DNA of 17,228 nucleotides from an uncultured archaeon (GTDB lineage Archaea; Iainarchaeota; Iainarchaeia; Iainarchaeales; 0-14-0-20-30-16): NCBI GenBank assembly GCA_964565725.1, contig CAZMGA010000013.1, positions 1 to 17,228 of the forward strand, read 5' to 3'. Shown piece by piece: positions 6,915 to 14,405 of this stretch (position 1 is its first letter; each line of letters starts with the position of its first letter). The notes under the pieces were generated by a model. It saw only the letters and a program-made list of their open reading frames with translations, ran no database searches and was not told where the DNA came from. The position numbers and the translations under genes were made by a program.

Positions 6915-8978
6915 ATGTGTGGAATTTTAGGGGCTTTTAATTATAATGAAACCAATTTTAAAAAAATGTTAATTAAACAAAAACATAGAGGCCCAAATAA
7001 TTCAAAATATATTAATTTTAATAATTTACTTTTAGGGCAAAATTTGTTGGCAATTGTTAATTATATAGAACAACCAATTGTCTATAAAAATTATGCTTTT
7101 GCAACAAATTGTGAAATTTATAATTGGAAAGAATTAAGTAAAAAGGAAAATATAATTGCAGAAAATGATTCTGAGTTTTTATTTAAATTTTTAATAAAAC
7201 ATAAATTAAATATAAAAAAAGCATTAAAAAAAATAAATGGAGATTATGCTTTTGCTTTTATAATTAAAGAAAACAATAGTTTTAAAGGATATTTGGCGCG
7301 AGATATTTTAGGAGTTAAACCTTTGTGGTATTATAATACAAAAAATAATTTTTTATTTGCTTCTGAAAGAAAAACATTACCTATAAATTTTAGAAAAAAT
7401 GCAATAGATTTAAATCCTAGAATTTTATTAGAAATAAATTTTAACAATTTAAAAACAAAAGAAATATATAGAGGTTTTTACAAATATAAACAGAAAAATA
7501 TAGAATATATTAATGCAAAAAATAAAACAGAAAAATTGTTGATTAACTCAATAAGATCTAGAATTGCAAATAAAAAAACAGCAATCTTATTAAGTGGGGG
7601 TGTAGATTCATCTTTAATTGCAAAAATTTCTGAAAAATATTTTGATCCTATTTTTTATAATATATCTATAAACAAAAATAATGAAGATTATATATACACT
7701 AAAAAATTAGAAACTGTTTTAAAAAATAAAATAAAATATATTCAAATAAATGAAAAAAAAATTATATCTGCAATACCCAAAATTATAAAAATTATAGAAA
7801 CATCAGATCCCGTTAAAGTTGCAATCGCCATGCCTATGTATTTTATAGCAAAACAAGCCAAAAAAGACAACATAAAGGTAGTTTTAATAGGCACTGGTGC
7901 AGATTCTTTATTTTGTGGTTTTTTTAGATTTTTTAAAGAATATAACCCTACAAAAGATACAATTTCAAAATTAAGAAAAATTTATGATACTGATTGTTAT
8001 AGAGATGATACTATATTTATGAATTTTGGAATAGAACCTAGATTTCCATATTTAGACAAAAATTTAATAAATTTTGTATTACAATATTCTGATAATTATA
8101 AAATAAAAGAAGATGTAAAAAAATATATTCTTAGAGATATTGCAAAAAAATACTTGCCAGAAGAAATTGCTTTTAGAAAGAAAAAGGCAATTCAATATGG
8201 ATCTGGTTTTGATAAAATATTATCCAAATATATAAAAGAAAAAAAAGAAAAAACTAGAGGACATTTATTAAGAAAAAATAAATCTGAAAATGAAAAATTA
8301 GGTTGTTTGTTTTCAGGAGGAAAAGATTCAGTTTTAGCATTACAAATTATGTTAAATTCAAACTATAAGGTTCCATGTTTAATCACATTAATATCTAAAA
8401 ATAAAGATTCATATATGTTTCATACACCAACTATAAATTTAGTGGATTTACAAGCAAAAGCATTAAATATAAACTTAATAAAACAAAACACATTGGGACA
8501 TAAAGAATTAGAAATTAAAGATTTAGAAAAAGCGTTAAAAAAAGCAAGGAAAAAATATAAAATTAATGGAATTATTACTGGCGCAATTTTTTCTACATAT
8601 CAAAGAGATAGAATTGAATTAATATGTGATAAATTAGGCTTAAAGGTTTTTTCGCCATTGTGGCACAAAGATCAATATTTAGAATTAACAGAAGTTTTGG
8701 CATTAGGAAATAAAGTAATAATAACAAAAATTGCGGGTTATGGATTAAACAAAAAATATTTAGGAAAAATAATTGATAAAGAGTTATTAGAAGAATTAAA
8801 AAATTTAAATAATAAAATTGGCTTTAATATAGCAGGCGAAGGGGGGGAATATGAAACTCTCGTAATAGATTCAAATATCTTTAAAAATAAATTAAATATT
8901 TTAAATACAGAAATTAAAGAAATTGATGAATATACTTTTGAATTAATAATAAATGATGCAAAATTAGAAATGAAGTGA
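6915..8978 (+). CDS. Three-domain fusion: class-II (Ntn) glutamine amidotransferase, asparagine synthetase-type PP-loop domain, and DUF71/Dph6-like (diphthine-ammonia ligase, MJ0570-type) PP-loop domain
   Basis: N-terminus: MCGILG (Cys2 nucleophile), HRGPN, NCEIYNW, NDSEF, GDYAFAF, RDILGVKPLWYY, FASERK. Middle domain: LLSGGVDSS (about 7590-7613), AFRKKKAIQYGSG. C-terminal domain from about 8295: KLGCLFSGGKDS, DSYMFHT, GAIFSTYQRDRIE..LGLKVFSPLW, AGEGGEYETLVIDS. The frame is continuous throughout. Confidence 0.8.
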   Translation: MCGILGAFNYNETNFKKMLIKQKHRGPNNSKYINFNNLLLGQNLLAIVNYIEQPIVYKNYAFATNCEIYNWKELSKKENIIAENDSEFLFKFLIKHKLNIKKALKKINGDYAFAFIIKENNSFKGYLARDILGVKPLWYYNTKNNFLFASERKTLPINFRKNAIDLNPRILLEINFNNLKTKEIYRGFYKYKQKNIEYINAKNKTEKLLINSIRSRIANKKTAILLSGGVDSSLIAKISEKYFDPIFYNISINKNNEDYIYTKKLETVLKNKIKYIQINEKKIISAIPKIIKIIETSDPVKVAIAMPMYFIAKQAKKDNIKVVLIGTGADSLFCGFFRFFKEYNPTKDTISKLRKIYDTDCYRDDTIFMNFGIEPRFPYLDKNLINFVLQYSDNYKIKEDVKKYILRDIAKKYLPEEIAFRKKKAIQYGSGFDKILSKYIKEKKEKTRGHLLRKNKSENEKLGCLFSGGKDSVLALQIMLNSNYKVPCLITLISKNKDSYMFHTPTINLVDLQAKALNINLIKQNTLGHKELEIKDLEKALKKARKKYKINGIITGAIFSTYQRDRIELICDKLGLKVFSPLWHKDQYLELTEVLALGNKVIITKIAGYGLNKKYLGKIIDKELLEELKNLNNKIGFNIAGEGGEYETLVIDSNIFKNKLNILNTEIKEIDEYTFELIINDAKLEMK

Positions 8979-9544
8979 AAAATATGACGGAAAGTAAATT
9001 TTACAAGGAAATTTATTTACCTAGAGAAGATACCTTCTTAATGGAAAAAGCATTAAAAAAACAATTATTAAAAAATAAAAGTGTTTTGGAAATAGGTTGT
9101 GGTTCGGGATATTTAAGTATTTATTGTGCAAAACAAAATGCAATTATGACTTCAATAGATATAAATGAAAACGCAATTTATTATGCCAAAAAAAAAGCAG
9201 AAAAAAACAATGTAAAAATAAAATTTATTGAAAGTAATTTATTTGAAAATGTTAAAAATAAATATGATATTATTTTTTTTAATCCTCCTTATTTAATTTC
9301 TGACGAAATAAAAGAATTAGCATTAGATGGAGGAAAAGAAGGTAGAGAAATAATTGATAAATTTTTAGATTGTTTTTCAAATTATTTAAAAGAAAAGGGT
9401 TTTGCTCTATTATTACATACTAATTATAATAATTTAAACAAAACTGAAAAAAAGTTAAAAAAAATAAAATTTAAATATGAAATAATTGAAAAACAACATT
9501 TATTTTTTGAAGAATTATATATTTTAAAAATTTATAAAATTTAA
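8975..9544 (+). CDS. Class I SAM-dependent N5-glutamine methyltransferase, Mtq2/PrmC(HemK)-like. GTG at 8975 overlaps the upstream stop; an ATG at 8984 is an equally plausible start.
   Basis: Motifs seen: YLPREDTFL, SAM-binding VLEIGCGSGYLS, SIDIN, and FNPPYL (NPPY at 9281-9292). Confidence 0.75.
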   Translation: MKNMTESKFYKEIYLPREDTFLMEKALKKQLLKNKSVLEIGCGSGYLSIYCAKQNAIMTSIDINENAIYYAKKKAEKNNVKIKFIESNLFENVKNKYDIIFFNPPYLISDEIKELALDGGKEGREIIDKFLDCFSNYLKEKGFALLLHTNYNNLNKTEKKLKKIKFKYEIIEKQHLFFEELYILKIYKI

Positions 9545-9879
9545 ATTCTTCTACTAAATGTTTTCATAGGCCTTCTACTTCTACCAGGAAATATACTCGG
9601 TTTGTTTTTACCCATACCAGGTAATGTAACTCTTTCAGTAGGTTTTCTAAATAATGGTTCTCTAGGTCTTTCTACAGCTCTAGGTCTAAATCTTCCAGCT
9701 TTAATTTCCCTTAAAACACCTCTTCTACCTTCTAAAACAAATTTATCTATAGGAAAGCCTCTAAAATAAGATCTTCTGGCAAATAAATGTCTAGCAATAG
9801 TTTCTGATTTTAACCCCATTCCTTTTGCAATTCTTGCACTTAAAATATCTGCAAAAAATTCATCAGTTATTGTAGACAT
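9541..9879 (-). CDS. Hypothetical, very basic Arg-rich protein. The N-terminal TDEFFADIL (ExxxD) motif and a helix-turn-helix-like stretch are followed by an Arg/Pro-rich tail. It is translationally coupled to the upstream HExxH ORF.
   Basis: 112 aa. The ATG overlaps the upstream TAA (TAATG, 9877-9881). There are 20 Arg in a proteome that otherwise favours Lys, and G+C is visibly higher than in neighbours. ARIAKGMGLKSETIARHL resembles an HTH. Confidence 0.6.
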   Translation of the reverse strand: MSTITDEFFADILSARIAKGMGLKSETIARHLFARRSYFRGFPIDKFVLEGRRGVLREIKAGRFRPRAVERPREPLFRKPTERVTLPGMGKNKPSIFPGRSRRPMKTFSRRI

Positions 9880-10259
9880 TATAATCCCACCTTTGCTCTA
9901 AATTCTTCTGCACTCTCTGGTAATATTACGTGGCTCATTTCATGCAATAAAGTCATAGCCCCTTCAGAAGTAATATTTCCATAACTATCAAATAAATGAT
10001 CATGAGGTATTCTAATAGCACTTTTTAAGGTACCAGAATCCATTTTTTTTATGTTTTCCCCGTAAGTAATATATCCATTACCTGCATTTAAATATAACCC
10101 CGGATAAATATTTATTGGAACAGTATTTAAATTATTTAAAATTCTAGCATAAATTATTTTTAATTCCCCATATTTTGTTTCGTTATACATATTTAATACA
10201 ACTTTTTTTGCGTGATTTAAAAATATAGCTAAATTTCTTTTTTCATTTTGAGTTAACAT
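9879..10259 (-). CDS. Small HExxH zincin-like protein (putative metallopeptidase half), unknown family
   Basis: 126 aa. LLHEMSHV (HEMSH at 9930-9944) is only 16 residues from the C-terminus. An upstream NAGNGYI...HDH segment is present. No signal peptide or TM segment is apparent. Confidence 0.55.
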   Translation of the reverse strand: MLTQNEKRNLAIFLNHAKKVVLNMYNETKYGELKIIYARILNNLNTVPINIYPGLYLNAGNGYITYGENIKKMDSGTLKSAIRIPHDHLFDSYGNITSEGAMTLLHEMSHVILPESAEEFRAKVGL

Positions 10260-10283
10260 AAAAATCTAATAAATAATTCCCTT

Positions 10284-10295
10284 TTTATATATATA
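10284..10295. promoter_or_regulatory. TATA-like element (tttATATATATA) in a 52-nt divergent intergenic region, positioned to serve both flanking genes
   Basis: It is about 22-26 nt from the PriL ATG (10312) and about 30 nt from the ATG at 10259 on the other strand. The spacing fits leaderless or short-leader archaeal transcripts. Confidence 0.4.
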
Positions 10296-10311
10296 GTTTT
10301 CTATTATTTAT

Positions 10312-11289
10312 ATGAATTTAAATTTATTAATCCCGTTTAATCAAAAAAATATAGAATTTTTAAAAAAGAAAGAGATTAATTTAGAAAAACCTAATTTAGA
10401 GTTAACTACTTTAACAAGCAATATTTTACAAAAAATTTTTGAAAATAATTTTAATTTTCCAAATGTAGATGAAAAGTATTTAACAGAATACTATGCGTTT
10501 TATCCTATAGCAAGAATAATATTATCAAATGTAAATAAAGAAAAATTTTATAATGAATTTTCTGACTTTTATTTTAAAACTTTAAAAAAAGAATTGAAGG
10601 AACCAGACGACGCTTTAAAATTATTAAATATTAATTTTAAAAAAGAAAAAGATTATTATTTAATTAGCTTTGAATATTATTTAAGAGCTAAAACTTATTC
10701 AGAAAAAGATAAATTAGTAAATAAAAATTTAATGAATGGTTTTGTATTTTTAAATAAAGAACAAACAAATAATTTTGTAGCTAGATTTGTTGCAGCAAAA
10801 GTAATAGAAAATTTGCCTTTAAATGTAAATTTTTCAAAAGATATAAAAATTATAGCCAAAAACATAGAAAACAAATTTAAACCAAAAGTAAAATATGAAA
10901 ATTATAATTTAGGTACAATAAAAACTGAAAATTTTCCACCTTGTATGCAAAACATATTAAATAGAATTTTAAAACAAGAAAATCCAAGCCATATAGAAAG
11001 GTATTATTTAGCAACTTATTTATATAATATAAAAATGGATTTTGAAGAAATTTTAAATATTTTTAAAAATACAAAAGATTATAATGAAAAAATTGCAAGT
11101 TATCAATTAGAAAAATTAAAAAAATATTCTTGCCCTAATTGTGAAACTATTAAAACTGTGGGATTATGTTATAAAGAAGAATTTTGTGAAAAAATAAATC
11201 ATCCTGTAAAATATTATTTAAAAAAATCATTTATATCCAAAATGCAAAAAGATACAAATAACGAAAGGGATAATCAACAAATCCAATAA
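10312..11289 (+). CDS. priL: DNA primase large subunit PriL
   Basis: FPPCMQNIL motif, PSHIERYYLATYL, and a C-terminal Cys cluster, YSCPNCETIKTVGLCYKEEFCEKINHPVKYY, typical of the Fe-S domain of archaeal PriL. Confidence 0.82.
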   Translation: MNLNLLIPFNQKNIEFLKKKEINLEKPNLELTTLTSNILQKIFENNFNFPNVDEKYLTEYYAFYPIARIILSNVNKEKFYNEFSDFYFKTLKKELKEPDDALKLLNINFKKEKDYYLISFEYYLRAKTYSEKDKLVNKNLMNGFVFLNKEQTNNFVARFVAAKVIENLPLNVNFSKDIKIIAKNIENKFKPKVKYENYNLGTIKTENFPPCMQNILNRILKQENPSHIERYYLATYLYNIKMDFEEILNIFKNTKDYNEKIASYQLEKLKKYSCPNCETIKTVGLCYKEEFCEKINHPVKYYLKKSFISKMQKDTNNERDNQQIQ

Positions 11290-11889
11290 ATAATTAAAAT
11301 AAGGGGTTATTAAATATAATAAGTAAATTACAACAATTAAAAATAAAATTATTATAATATATTTTAACCATTGCTTATAATTAATAATTTCTTTTAATAA
11401 ATTTTTTAATGTTTTAGATAAAGACTTTTCAAATATTACTTTAGGAATATTAAAAATGAAATACATTAAAAAAAACGAAACTATTACAACAATTAAATCA
11501 TTAACAAAAACATTTAAATCTAATAATGACATTAAACTATAAGGAATAATTCCAAAAAGCAAAAACAATATAAAATATTTAAAACCAAAATAATAAAGTT
11601 TTTTATTTGAATGTTTTAAATTATAAAATTTATTTAAAATATGAACAAAATAAACAAAACCAAAATAAATTAAAGGCAACATTAAAATAGTAATAATTGT
11701 TAAATTATACTCTGAATAATATAAATCTGTTTTTATTAACAATATTGAAATTAATTGAGAATAAATAAAATATACCAAATATAATAAAAAGTAATTAAAA
11801 AAAGCAAAAGAAAAATTATTTTTCAAAGCCTTATAAAAATCTTTCAAATAAAACATAAAAAAAGAAAGAAAGGAAGTGTTTAAATTCAT
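11227..11889 (-). CDS. Hypothetical polytopic membrane protein, translationally coupled to tfb
   Basis: 220 aa with about 6 hydrophobic segments. ATGA overlap with the tfb stop (11886-11889). No competing ORF on the other strand over 11290-11885. Confidence 0.55.
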   Translation of the reverse strand: MNLNTSFLSFFMFYLKDFYKALKNNFSFAFFNYFLLYLVYFIYSQLISILLIKTDLYYSEYNLTIITILMLPLIYFGFVYFVHILNKFYNLKHSNKKLYYFGFKYFILFLLFGIIPYSLMSLLDLNVFVNDLIVVIVSFFLMYFIFNIPKVIFEKSLSKTLKNLLKEIINYKQWLKYIIIILFLIVVIYLLYLITPYFNYLLDLLIIPFVICIFLHFGYK

Positions 11890-12803
11890 TCCTCTAAATC
11901 TTCTAATTGCAAATTTAATTTTTCTTTTAATTCTCTATATCTGTTTCTAATAGTAACTTCTGTTACTCCTGCAACATTTGCAACTTGTTTTTGAGTTCTT
12001 TTTTCATTTTTTAATAATGCGGCAATATATACCGCAGCGGCAGCAACTCCTGTTGGGCCTCTACCAGAAATTAACCCTTTATCAACAGCCTCATTTAATA
12101 TTTTTCTAGCTTCTTCTTGTACTTCGCCCGTTAAATTTAATTCAGAAGCAAATCTAGAAATATAATAAACTGGATTTGTTAAAGGCACATTCATATTTAA
12201 TTCTCTAACTAAATATCTATAATTTCTGCCTATATCTTTTTTTGTTAAACCTGAAGCTTCAGCCATTTCATTTAAAGTTCTAGGAATATTGGCATTTCTA
12301 CATACAGCATATAATACGGCTGCAACAACTGCTTCAATTAATCTTCCTCTAATTAATTCTTTTTCTACTGTTTTTCTATATAATACAGCAGCTTGTTCTA
12401 CTAAAGATTCGGGAATGTTTAAATATTGAGCCATTCTTCTTAATTCATTTAAAGCAATAGATAAATTTCTTTGTACAGAATTAGAAACTGCTGTTCTTTT
12501 ATGCCATCTAATTAATCTATACATTTGTTCCCTTGTTTCAGCACTTAACTTATTACCTCTAGCATCTCTTCCACCTCTTTCTATCATAGTGGAAACTCCT
12601 TTATTTAGCTTAGAATTTTGCATTGGGCCACCAGTTCTAGCTTTATCATTAAATTCATCAGAATCAAAAGTCCTCCATTCTTTGGACATATCAACTACAT
12701 CAGTTTCCATTACATAACCACAATTAGCACAAACCATTTCACCAGTTTCTCTATCTTTTATAAATTTTTTTTCACCACATTCTGGGCAAATATTTTCTAC
12801 CAT
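11886..12803 (-). CDS. tfb: Transcription initiation factor IIB (TFB)
   Basis: N-terminal Zn ribbon CPECG...CANCG, B-reader/linker EWRTFD, and two cyclin-fold repeats with the HTH GVTEVTIRNRYREL. SD-like AGGGGG (complement of 12811-12816). Confidence 0.93.
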   Translation of the reverse strand: MVENICPECGEKKFIKDRETGEMVCANCGYVMETDVVDMSKEWRTFDSDEFNDKARTGGPMQNSKLNKGVSTMIERGGRDARGNKLSAETREQMYRLIRWHKRTAVSNSVQRNLSIALNELRRMAQYLNIPESLVEQAAVLYRKTVEKELIRGRLIEAVVAAVLYAVCRNANIPRTLNEMAEASGLTKKDIGRNYRYLVRELNMNVPLTNPVYYISRFASELNLTGEVQEEARKILNEAVDKGLISGRGPTGVAAAAVYIAALLKNEKRTQKQVANVAGVTEVTIRNRYRELKEKLNLQLEDLEE

Positions 12804-12840
12804 TTTTATTCCCCCTAAAAAAATATCAAAAAAAGTAAGA

Positions 12841-12856
12841 TATATAAATCTTTCTT
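12841..12856 (-). promoter_or_regulatory. Candidate tfb promoter: TATA box TTTATATA with a purine-rich BRE-like AAGAAAGA immediately upstream
   Basis: The complement of 12841-12848 is TTTATATA and the complement of 12849-12856 is AAGAAAGA. The TATA centre is about 41 nt upstream of the ATG, leaving a short leader that contains the SD-like AGGGGG. Confidence 0.45.
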
Positions 12857-12909
12857 ATAATTTCTGGTATTAAGATATATATATATGTTTCGGTTTTAAA
12901 TTTTAAAAA

Positions 12910-13257
12910 TTAAATGCCAAACCCAATCAAATAATGTAAAATATCTAAAAACAAGTGAATTATAATGCCTATTCCTATCCAACCTATTAATTTCAAATTT
13001 TTATTTTTAAATAACAAAAAAAGAGCTAAAAATATCCCTAAAATACAAAACCAAATACTATGTAAAGGATACATTCCAAAACTACAATTACTTCCTACAT
13101 TATTACAAGCAGATTCAAAAAAAGAAATTTTGCCAACTAGTCTCAAATAAATATGATCTAAATCAATTAAATTTGCAATTAATAATCCAAATAACATTTT
13201 ATTATTTTTGTAAAATTCAAAAATTATAAAAGGCAAAATATAATGTAATAAAAACAT
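12910..13257 (-). CDS. Hypothetical small membrane protein (His/Asp motifs faintly reminiscent of YdjM/DUF457-type membrane hydrolases)
   Basis: 115 aa with 3-4 TM segments. Motifs seen: NLIDLDHIY, YPLHS, IIHLFLDILHY. Family assignment is weak. Confidence 0.45.
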   Translation of the reverse strand: MFLLHYILPFIIFEFYKNNKMLFGLLIANLIDLDHIYLRLVGKISFFESACNNVGSNCSFGMYPLHSIWFCILGIFLALFLLFKNKNLKLIGWIGIGIIIHLFLDILHYLIGFGI

Positions 13258-13310
13258 ATTAAAATAAAATAAGAACTAATTAAAAATTGTTGTTTAAAAA
13301 TTTAATTTAG

Positions 13311-13347
13311 ATTTTAAAAATAAAAAAAGAAGAAGGAATTAACCTTC
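13311..13347 (-). terminator. Short hairpin plus oligo-T tract downstream of the thioredoxin-fold gene
   Basis: On the minus strand: GAAGG-TTAATT-CCTTC (13332-13347), followed by TTCTTTTTTTATTTTT. It starts 8 nt after the stop codon at 13356-13358. Oligo-T is the known archaeal termination signal. Confidence 0.4.
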
Positions 13348-13355
13348 ATATTTGT

Positions 13356-14405
13356 TTAACAAACACCTTCAGAAGTTGTACCCGTATAACCAAATCCAGC
13401 AGTTGGTGTTTCAGTACTTAAACTTAAATTACAAACTTCTGGGGCTTCTTTAAAAGATGCACAAATTGTTTTTAAATACGCATCGGCACTTCTAGAAGAA
13501 TCCATTTCTACTCCATTAACTATTAAAGTAGGACTACCTTGAACCCCATATTTCAAATTCATTTCAGAATCTACATTAAATTGTGGGAAAGTACCATTTA
13601 ACCAAGTAGTTTCGTCTTTTAATAATTCGGTTATTTTATATTCTTTGTCTATTAAAGTTTTACAATCTTCTAATTTTACAACATCTACATTTGTATTAAC
13701 TATACATGAATTATTATCTCCATCTTTTAAGAAACATTCTAAATAGTTTATGAATTTGTTAGGTTCTTCTTTTTGAATACAATATTGAGTCAAGTTTTCA
13801 TAAACTTCTTTTTCACCATGCATAATATAATCTACAAATTTAATTTTAAAATCTACAGATGAACCTAAAGATTTTACTGCTTCTAAAATACCTTTTTCTG
13901 CTTGAGTACCAAAAGGACAATAACTCATTACAAATAATTCTACTTCTGGTTTATCAGTTTTTATTGGCTCTTGTGTTTTAATTTCTTCGTTTAAATTTGC
14001 ATTTTTTAATGCTTCAATTTGTTCTTTCAATGTTTTAATATCCATTACAGAAGTAATTAAATATTTTCCATCAATAGTCATAAAAGCGTTTCCAGTTTGA
14101 CCATTACTTTCTAAATCAAATTTATATAGATTTGATTCTTCAGAAATACCTAATACTGTTATTGCTTGCCCCATATCACTAAAAATAGTAGTTAATTCAT
14201 TACTAGCTTGTTTTTGAGAAATTTGGGTATTAAATAATCCAGTTCCAAAACCTATTGCAAATAAAATAGCAATAATTGATATTATTCCTAAAACAATAGT
14301 ACTAATCATCCAAGGGTTTTTCACCATACAACAAACTTTACTTTTTTTAATAGTTGCGTCTTGTGATTTTTGGTTTTCTTCTTTTTTAATTAATTTTTTT
14401 GCCAT
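13356..14405 (-). CDS. Membrane-anchored extracytoplasmic thioredoxin-fold (DsbA-like) protein with a CPFG site in place of CxxC
   Basis: N-terminal TM anchor WMISTIVLGIISIIAILFAIGFG. Thioredoxin-fold hallmarks: VELFVMSYCPFGTQAE (CPFG at 13908-13919) and the cis-Pro loop GVQGSPTLIVNG. Several additional Cys are present. SD-like AAGGTGGTG (complement of 14408-14416). Confidence 0.55.
   Translation of the reverse strand: MAKKLIKKEENQKSQDATIKKSKVCCMVKNPWMISTIVLGIISIIAILFAIGFGTGLFNTQISQKQASNELTTIFSDMGQAITVLGISEESNLYKFDLESNGQTGNAFMTIDGKYLITSVMDIKTLKEQIEALKNANLNEEIKTQEPIKTDKPEVELFVMSYCPFGTQAEKGILEAVKSLGSSVDFKIKFVDYIMHGEKEVYENLTQYCIQKEEPNKFINYLECFLKDGDNNSCIVNTNVDVVKLEDCKTLIDKEYKITELLKDETTWLNGTFPQFNVDSEMNLKYGVQGSPTLIVNGVEMDSSRSADAYLKTICASFKEAPEVCNLSLSTETPTAGFGYTGTTSEGVC

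Noticed and set aside
8270-8330. Possibility that the AsnB-like and Dph6-like parts are two genes fused by a frameshift artefact
   Set aside because: The reading frame is continuous. The only nearby ATG is out of frame and hits TAG after three codons, and there is no long homopolymer at the junction. The fusion is kept, but read-level verification is recommended.
9541-10259. Mobile-element, provirus or toxin-antitoxin interpretation of the two-gene minus-strand island
   Set aside because: I could find no integrase or transposase, no flanking direct or inverted repeats, and no adjacent tRNA. An ImmA/IrrE-Xre-like reading is possible, but the gene order, sizes and motif layout fit a split zincin at least as well.
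12618-12818. 66-aa plus-strand ORF
   Set aside because: It is antisense to the Zn-ribbon region of tfb. It is a shadow ORF.
12875-12886. (AT)6 dinucleotide run upstream of the tfb promoter
   Set aside because: It is short and expected by chance at this AT content. It is too far from the tfb ATG to be the functional TATA, for which TTTATATA at 12841-12848 fits better.
12965-13150. 61-aa plus-strand ORF
   Set aside because: It is antisense to the small membrane-protein ORF. The minus-strand ORF is longer and has coherent TM segments, although neither is strongly supported.
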